64,000 bases of DNA, taken from sequence record MT679221.1; one strand, 5' to 3'. Shown here piece after piece: positions 57,791 to 64,000 of this stretch (the first letter of the stretch is position 1; each line of letters begins with the position of its first letter). The notes under the pieces were generated by a model. It saw nothing but the letters and a program-made list of their open reading frames with translations, was not told where the DNA came from and searched no databases. A program made the position numbers and the translations under genes.

Positions 57791-59902
57791 ATGATACTGC
57801 GAAAAAACGATTGGCGACACTATCCGGGGGCGATTGTTGATGATGTCACACCAAACGTGCACTTCCTTCAGTTCGCCACAACACTACAAGGATTAGGTGT
57901 CCAGCATTGGTACGTCCACCTGGCATTACACAATCCCGAACTCCGTGGTGTTGATCCATTTAGCCCGGATTTAACACTCGAACAAAAAGCGATGATTGTT
58001 ACGGAGTGTGCGGAAAACCCATGGTACTTCTTCCGTGAGTGTGTCCGGGTCCCTGCGGATGGTGTAAAGAACGGGATGCCGTTTCGTCTAGACCGCGGTA
58101 ACTTTTCGATGTATTGGATTTTCTTCAACAACATCGACGCCGCTATCGAGTTTCTCCGTCAGCATGGTAAAACTGTCGGGATGTCCGCATTGCTATTGTG
58201 GCTGATGCGCTTCCTGGAGAACTCACGTACGATTCTTATCACGAAGGGTCCTGCCCTGCGTGAAGAAACTATCAACAAAATGAAACAACTGCGTAACGCG
58301 TTACCGGATTATCTCTGGCCTCATCACCCGGACGATCCTGATAACCGTGAGACGTTTGCATGTCTAGCGCAGGGTAACAAACTTATCACCGGCATCGGTC
58401 AAAACGATAAGGAAGCTGCGAACGGGGTAGGCCGTGGACTCACAGCCGGACGCCTGTTCTCGGATGAAGGACCGTTTACCAACAACATCCACCATATCCT
58501 CCCCGCTGCACTAGCATCGGGTACCGCGGCGCGTCGTATTAACGAAGCCGAAGGTGTTCCATACGGCAACGTCTTCGCAACAACACCTGGGGATTTGGCG
58601 ACAGAAGAAGGCGAGTACATGTACAGCCTGATGACGTCGGGGATTTCGTGGGATGAACGGTATATCGACATTCCGACTCGTGCACAACTGATTGACATGA
58701 TTCGCAAAGGCTCTACTGCGAAGATTCCACGTATCATGTTCTACGTGAAATACAACCACCGCCAACTCGGTACCACGGACGAAGAACTCGCAGATATGAT
58801 TGCGAACGCCCCAGGTACACCAGACCAAATCCGCCGTGACTTCGGTGGTGAATGGACAACCGGTGGTTACAACAAACCATTCTCAGGCGATGATGCAAGA
58901 CGTATGAACGCCTCGCGTATTCGGGCAGCACAGAAAATTATCTCTGCTTCCAACTACGTAACGGATTGGTATTACACTGAAGAACAGATGCTGGTTAAAA
59001 TGCAAGACCGCCACATCATCGGTTTGGATACTTCCGAAGCCGTTGGACGTGACGCCATTGCCATGTCAATCGTCAACTCTGTCACTGCCGAATATGCCGG
59101 CAAGCTCACCGTGAACGAAACAAACGTCATCGGGTTTGCGATTCACTTAGCAGACTTCATGATCGAATATCCGAACACGGTACTCATTCTGGAACGACGG
59201 TCTACCGGCTCCTCGGTAGCAGATGCCATCATACTGCAGCTGCAATCTAAGGTTCGCGATTTGCATCGTCGTTTGTACGTGAAAGTGACCCAGGATTACT
59301 CAAGGAACGATGAACTTTACAAAGAGTTCCATCGTGGCCCTGTGGGCAGTCCAGAGCGCTTCTGGGACAAATTCCGTAAATACATCGGTTTCTCAACCGA
59401 CCAGGATAAACGCCGTAAGTTGTATGGTGAAGTATTTACCACGGCGTTGCGTCTTTCCGCGGACTTACTGCGGTCAGGCGAATTGATCGACCAAATCCTC
59501 GGTCTCGTCGAACGAAACGGGCGCATAGACCACCGTGCATCCGGTCACGATGACCTGGTAATATCCTGGCTTCTGGCAATGTGGTTACTTCTGTTCGGCA
59601 ACAACTTAGGCCACTACGGTATAAGTAACAGCCGACTGATGATGCGCAACCGCAATATGCTCGGGGGCATGGCAGGTGAATTCGATGAAGAGGCTGCAGT
59701 CGAGGAAGAAGAAAAGCAACAACAACTGATGGGGCAAATTGAAACGATGATTAGACAGAGTCAAGTTGTAGCCGACCCGGTACAACAGCTCATGTACAAG
59801 AATCGTATTCAAGCGCTCGTCTCTCAACTCAACACTGACGTTCGTAACGTCGCATCGATGGAAAGCTTGAAAGAGCTAATCCAACGACAGAGGATGAAGT
59901 GA
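57791..59902 (+). CDS. terL: Terminase large subunit
   Basis: Walker A FLRQHGKT, Walker B LFSDEG, nuclease motifs IGLDTS and GHDDLVIS; 703 aa. Confidence 0.92.
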   Translation: MILRKNDWRHYPGAIVDDVTPNVHFLQFATTLQGLGVQHWYVHLALHNPELRGVDPFSPDLTLEQKAMIVTECAENPWYFFRECVRVPADGVKNGMPFRLDRGNFSMYWIFFNNIDAAIEFLRQHGKTVGMSALLLWLMRFLENSRTILITKGPALREETINKMKQLRNALPDYLWPHHPDDPDNRETFACLAQGNKLITGIGQNDKEAANGVGRGLTAGRLFSDEGPFTNNIHHILPAALASGTAARRINEAEGVPYGNVFATTPGDLATEEGEYMYSLMTSGISWDERYIDIPTRAQLIDMIRKGSTAKIPRIMFYVKYNHRQLGTTDEELADMIANAPGTPDQIRRDFGGEWTTGGYNKPFSGDDARRMNASRIRAAQKIISASNYVTDWYYTEEQMLVKMQDRHIIGLDTSEAVGRDAIAMSIVNSVTAEYAGKLTVNETNVIGFAIHLADFMIEYPNTVLILERRSTGSSVADAIILQLQSKVRDLHRRLYVKVTQDYSRNDELYKEFHRGPVGSPERFWDKFRKYIGFSTDQDKRRKLYGEVFTTALRLSADLLRSGELIDQILGLVERNGRIDHRASGHDDLVISWLLAMWLLLFGNNLGHYGISNSRLMMRNRNMLGGMAGEFDEEAAVEEEEKQQQLMGQIETMIRQSQVVADPVQQLMYKNRIQALVSQLNTDVRNVASMESLKELIQRQRMK

Positions 59903-60141
59903 TGACTCAACTCTACTATGCAATCGTGATGGTAATGTGGATTTGTCTGTACTTTGGCTTACGCCACACCATCGAAGTAATACGCATCCACGCACAAAGC
60001 CACGATGTCTGCACACGCACAATGCGGCTCGGACAGATCACCTGTAGCTTTGGCGTATTGCTTATCGGTGGACTATCGACCGCGGGGCTACACGTTGTGT
60101 ATACCCTACATCAAGTTGCCGTATCGGGAGCACTCGCCTGA
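59899..60141 (+). CDS. Small membrane protein with two predicted TM helices (holin-like)
   Basis: LYYAIVMVMWICLYFGL and ITCSFGVLLIGGLSTAGLHVV hydrophobic segments; overlaps the terL stop. Confidence 0.55.
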   Translation: MMTQLYYAIVMVMWICLYFGLRHTIEVIRIHAQSHDVCTRTMRLGQITCSFGVLLIGGLSTAGLHVVYTLHQVAVSGALA

Positions 60142-60156
60142 ATCAACTTTAACTCG

Positions 60157-60210
60157 AAAAAATACGACGTAGCCACCTCTCCGAAACTGGAGAGGTGGCA
60201 CTTTATTTTA
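60157..60210. terminator. Bidirectional intrinsic terminator
   Basis: GCCACCTCTCC-GAAACT-GGAGAGGTGGC with A- and T-tracts. Confidence 0.88.
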
Positions 60211-61584
60211 TTTCTGCAAAGAGCGGATCAAGAAGTACAACAACAACGCATTACGCAAAGCGGCCAACGCGGCTTCATGGCGGATATGTGTTTCACGTGC
60301 AGCCAGTTTCTCAATACGTTCACGTAACGATAACACGTACGGGTTGGGAGACTTCGAAGCCTGGTACAACGAACGCATACGCAGTAGAACCGTACTCGCA
60401 TCGTTAAAGTTCAGACGAGAAGTAACAATTTCGTCGAACGCGTGCGATAGCGTGTCCTCCATGATAGCGTTAATCTCATCACGCTTTTTGCCAAGCGGTA
60501 GACTTGCAATATACGCCAGCAAAGTTTTCAGTGCCGCGGGAGATGCTTTGGGTACTAGCTCCAACACCACTTTTGCTAATTGCTCTTTGTAAAGATTGTT
60601 GATATCGTAAGACGCATCGAACAGATTCTGCTTAGCGATATCCAGTGCACCCACTTTGTCACGGATAATCGACTCACCGTCTAACTCAATTCGGGTTGAC
60701 TGCGTAATCACACGACTGTTATCACGACGCACTTTGTCCAGCACCGCGTAATAGTCCTTCACGGTTTGTTTGGTACGGGTGTTCAGGTCGGTGATAAAAC
60801 GCAATACCAGGTCTGGCGTATCAAAACGTTTAACCGCGTCGTAGTTTGGGTACTCCGGAGAACAGAAGTATTCTGAACGCTCCTGCATGTGCAAACCCCA
60901 GTTGCCTAAACGACGAATATCGAACTTTAACGACAACATCGAGTATGCGGCGTCGGCAGCGGCCATGTCGACCGGCTTGGGGAAGAAGTGATAATATATA
61001 CTGGAGTAGAATTTGAATTGCAGAAGCGTTACTAACGATACCGCCGCGGCGTGGATTTCACGATCGGCGAATTTCGACATCATTCGATGTAGAGTATACA
61101 CCGTAGAGAGGTTATACGGATCACCCGCCACTGCCCAGTCGGTGTTAATCGTACCCGATTCTTTAATCATCTCGAACAGATAATCTTCATCCACTTTCAA
61201 GACATCTTCAAAAAAGCGGTTACGGTCAGAATCGTAGAAACGAATGGTGTGGACGCCTAATAGATTAGACCCTAGCCACTCCACATTGCCTTCACGTTTA
61301 AGAATGTTATCCACGTGAAGTTGAACTTGCTTTGCAAAACGACGATCGATAACGACGTGTTTAAAACATTCGTCAAACACTTTACGTAATCGGTCATTCT
61401 TCATGGCTTCTGCAGCAACTACCAGTCCCATCGGAACGTAGCCGCCAAAACCGTAGTCGTAATACAAGCCCGTAGAATACGTGTCATCGTCGAAGAATGG
61501 GTCACGTCCGAATGATTCGACGGCAACCTTCACTCCGGTATCACGATAACAACCGGCACTGAAATCATAAACCAATTCAGACAT
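60208..61584 (-). CDS. Conserved phiKZ-like virion protein
   Basis: 458 aa, GAGG SD; assignment from synteny. Confidence 0.7.
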   Translation of the reverse strand: MSELVYDFSAGCYRDTGVKVAVESFGRDPFFDDDTYSTGLYYDYGFGGYVPMGLVVAAEAMKNDRLRKVFDECFKHVVIDRRFAKQVQLHVDNILKREGNVEWLGSNLLGVHTIRFYDSDRNRFFEDVLKVDEDYLFEMIKESGTINTDWAVAGDPYNLSTVYTLHRMMSKFADREIHAAAVSLVTLLQFKFYSSIYYHFFPKPVDMAAADAAYSMLSLKFDIRRLGNWGLHMQERSEYFCSPEYPNYDAVKRFDTPDLVLRFITDLNTRTKQTVKDYYAVLDKVRRDNSRVITQSTRIELDGESIIRDKVGALDIAKQNLFDASYDINNLYKEQLAKVVLELVPKASPAALKTLLAYIASLPLGKKRDEINAIMEDTLSHAFDEIVTSRLNFNDASTVLLRMRSLYQASKSPNPYVLSLRERIEKLAARETHIRHEAALAALRNALLLYFLIRSLQK

Positions 61585-61598
61585 GGCGCTAAACCTCT

Positions 61599-61625
61599 AA
61601 AAATTTACGGATATATGTTATCATA
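61599..61625 (+). promoter_or_regulatory. Candidate early promoter
   Basis: AAAAATTTACGGATATATGTTATCATA, a variant of the shared motif in a divergent gap. Confidence 0.6.
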
Positions 61626-61656
61626 CTGAGAGTATACCTGAAGGAGATTTTACCCA

Positions 61657-62790
61657 ATGATGAACTATGAACGTAAGCACGCGTGGCAAGAAAAGCTACG
61701 CACGGGACAGATACATTCTGCCCAACAAGTGAAGATGTGGGTGCTGCCACACGGCGTCATCTGCGAAATGGTCCAGGTCGGAGGATTACCTATTCTTCGA
61801 AATGGTAAATACGATTCGATGAACACGGTACTCGCGCGCTTGCTGGCCGATGCAGGCATAATGGGTACCGTGATTTTATATTCAACCGCAACGATTCCTC
61901 AGAACCTTTCTCGCTGGTTAACACATTGGCTTTCCAATGACCCTAGCGAGGACGATCCGTGGCTACGTTCAATGACAGTGACAACAATGGGTCAACGGCC
62001 GACGAAACCCCTCCCATTCCAGGTCAATGTAATTGAACCAGCTATTCTGGAAGCGGGTGAAGTGTTTGAAGCAATCAAACATCGATCTCGCGACGTTAGC
62101 ATCAGTCAGTTTCTTATCGAAGCGAATGATGTGACTTACCGGCTGGAGCCTGTACGACGTATGGACGCTCGTATCGTCGACTGCACAGAGTTTGGGTATG
62201 TCTTGCGCACACAGGGCAACCACACGTTCCTGGCATCGATGCTTTCTCGCCGCGTGCAGGGACAATTAGCACACTACAAAGTGTCCCCTGCTGACCTCGT
62301 CGGTACCGACGTTAAGGTCGAATACACAATGTTTACCGAAGGGAATCGACTGTGTAATTTTAAGTCTCCGGTAGTCTATCGGAGTAAGGCACTTGATGCC
62401 TTAGGCGACCAGAATGTCCCGACATACGATGGCCCCTATCCGTTTAAATCGCAAGCATCTGCAAACCGTGCGCTCCTTACGGTAACTCGGTGTAAACGTG
62501 CAGCGATCACACGGACCGATGGGGAAATCTATGGTAAGGACACTGAGTCTGACGCAAAACTCTTTTCGTTCCGGCGTGGTGTAAAACCTGGACTATATGC
62601 CGCAACGTTTGAAAAGGGGGATGACGTCGAGTTCTGGCAGTTCGACAGTGATTTTGCGGTAGATGCAATAGACCCAGAAGCGTTAGTGAGTGTCATCACA
62701 GACCAAATCTTTTACGCGACGGGTATGAGCCTGCTGGAAATCTTTTTAATGTACGATGCCAGATTACCTTCACAGTCAGTCAAAACGTAA
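61657..62790 (+). CDS. Hypothetical protein, possibly a degenerate ATP-dependent ligase fold
   Basis: LPHGVI...RNGK (KxDG missing) and DARIVD...VGTDVKVEYTMFTEGNRL resemble a ligase NTase domain plus OB domain. Confidence 0.55.
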   Translation: MMNYERKHAWQEKLRTGQIHSAQQVKMWVLPHGVICEMVQVGGLPILRNGKYDSMNTVLARLLADAGIMGTVILYSTATIPQNLSRWLTHWLSNDPSEDDPWLRSMTVTTMGQRPTKPLPFQVNVIEPAILEAGEVFEAIKHRSRDVSISQFLIEANDVTYRLEPVRRMDARIVDCTEFGYVLRTQGNHTFLASMLSRRVQGQLAHYKVSPADLVGTDVKVEYTMFTEGNRLCNFKSPVVYRSKALDALGDQNVPTYDGPYPFKSQASANRALLTVTRCKRAAITRTDGEIYGKDTESDAKLFSFRRGVKPGLYAATFEKGDDVEFWQFDSDFAVDAIDPEALVSVITDQIFYATGMSLLEIFLMYDARLPSQSVKT

Positions 62791-62800
62791 GGAGCATCCT

Positions 62801-63310
62801 ATGTTTACTGCGCCAACCATGCGGGTGGGGCAAGGTCTTAACCTGGTGGTACACGACCAGCGGTTAATCGACCTCTGTGACACAAGCATAATTACTGCGA
62901 TGATGGACCATAACCCTTTAGGTGACTACGGAAATACCAGCGAGATTTTGGCTGTTGCTGCCGTCCTCCGTCGTATTTACGGTCAAATAACCATCGTAGA
63001 TCTCTGTAACTTCATTGACAACCACAGAGATTTAACTAAAGGGTTGGTCGCACTTACTCAAGATGGTGTGTCAAGTTTTGACAGTTCTCTTGGTAATTTC
63101 TTAGACATCGGTTCCGGGTTCGACTCCGGGTTAATGTTCATCACACGTGAACGCTACATCGCCGTCTGGGAATTTCTGCAACGCATGGGTGTGCATGTTC
63201 CTGCAAAGATCATGCATTACCAAACTTACGACCTGAATATTTTCGGGGAGCCAGGGTTATGGATAAAACCAGTACACCTTGGCCTTGATGGCTATACCAT
63301 CAAGTGTTAA
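62801..63310 (+). CDS. Hypothetical protein
   Basis: ATG at 62801 after AAGGAG; followed by a terminator. Confidence 0.72.
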   Translation: MFTAPTMRVGQGLNLVVHDQRLIDLCDTSIITAMMDHNPLGDYGNTSEILAVAAVLRRIYGQITIVDLCNFIDNHRDLTKGLVALTQDGVSSFDSSLGNFLDIGSGFDSGLMFITRERYIAVWEFLQRMGVHVPAKIMHYQTYDLNIFGEPGLWIKPVHLGLDGYTIKC

Positions 63311-63317
63311 GTCACTA

Positions 63318-63370
63318 GGCGTACTCTCTTCGGGGAGTACGCCAATCTTATTTTTTTTTATTTTTTTTGA
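63318..63370 (+). terminator. Intrinsic terminator with cUUCGg loop
   Basis: GGCGTACTCTC-TTCG-GGGAGTACGCC followed by a long T-tract. Confidence 0.9.
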
Positions 63371-64000
63371 TTATTTTTTAACCGGCCGGTTAAAGGGGGT
63401 CTAGGAGACGTCAGAAAACGATTAAGTGGTCTGGATGTAGGGTAGCTCGTTTTTGGCAGTTTATCGTTTTCTAGGGTCGGTTACGTGCGTTTTAGAGGGG
63501 GTTATGCATCGAGACAGAGAATTTATTTTTGTCGGGGCGAGGAAATTCAGGGAATGGGGATTCAGGATTGTATGTTTTTTAACCAGTTATTAAAAACGCT
63601 CTAGAAAGCGCTAGAACGAGATTTATACCTGACCCAGTACACTTGGGTTCCCCCTACCGGAAAATCGCGCCAGCGGGCCGTTGAGAGTGCGAGAATGCCA
63701 TCCCCGTTTCGGTTCCGAGGTGACGGTCGCTGCCGGCGACGACGATCACACGTTGGGTAGCACTTCGTGCCATGTCTGGGTGAAAACTGGATCGTTCTGT
63801 AACCGACACACACTGTCGGTTACTTACGAGTTCTTTGGGTTGTTTAACTCACTCTAAAATCCCCCTTAGGGGATAATTTAATCTAATTCTCAAAATTTCT
63901 TTTTAAAACAATCACTTAGATTGTTTTTTAGATCGATCCTGTGGATCGGGTCGAAGACCCTTTCCTTATACGCGTGCGCGTGCGCACACCCGTATCCTCC
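63371..64000. other. Long non-coding, palindrome- and hairpin-rich region
   Basis: No credible ORF; 18-bp perfect palindrome at 63377-63394 and at least six stem-loops in 63631-63960. Confidence 0.7.

Noticed and set aside
10030-57795. TATG motifs upstream of late genes (for example near 10035, 19329, 19720, 37412, 57788) as nvRNAP late promoters
   Set aside because: They fit the known phiKZ late consensus, but a 4-mer is too common to call without TSS data.
35783-59902. Inteins or group I introns in RNAP, terminase or protease genes
   Set aside because: The ORFs are continuous and of expected size, with no Cys...His-Asn intein ends or embedded endonuclease motifs.
63601-63813. 70-aa minus-strand ORF in the terminal region
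   Set aside because: No SD, atypical composition; the region is better explained as structured non-coding DNA.
63600-63960. Possible tRNA among the hairpins
   Set aside because: I could not find a cloverleaf with a TTCRA T-loop, acceptor stem and CCA; tRNAscan-SE/Aragorn would settle it.
1-64000. CRISPR array or regular direct repeats
   Set aside because: No equally spaced repeats seen; the recurring hairpins are terminators with different sequences.

Overview
This window is a 64 kb segment of a phiKZ-related (Chimalliviridae-type) jumbo myophage genome. Gene content, sizes and order match my recollection of Salmonella phage SPN3US/Seoulvirus, roughly gp201-gp264; this is inferred from memory and was not checked by a database search. 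It encodes split virion RNA polymerase subunits (betaN, betaC, beta'N with DYDGD, probable beta'C), a 2373-aa tail lytic transglycosylase, prohead protease, tail tube and sheath, baseplate proteins and large terminase. It also encodes UvsX/RecA, RNase H, a DEDD exonuclease, ThyA, and MazG-like, HD, HAD and CYTH enzymes, plus a probable spanin pair and a free-standing double-HNH endonuclease. Thirteen intrinsic terminators and a repeated 27-bp early-promoter motif are visible. I found no tRNA, rRNA or CRISPR array. The most interesting observations are: (1) a separately translated 62-aa ORF that copies the redox-active C-terminal tail of class Ia ribonucleotide reductase (C-x4-C, ending GACKI-stop), inside a nucleotide-metabolism locus; (2) an intact and an apparently dead MazG paralog in that locus; (3) an early-promoter-driven protein resembling a catalytically dead DNA ligase; (4) NADAR-like and ART-like candidates; (5) tandem families of divergent early proteins; (6) a hairpin-dense non-coding end region.
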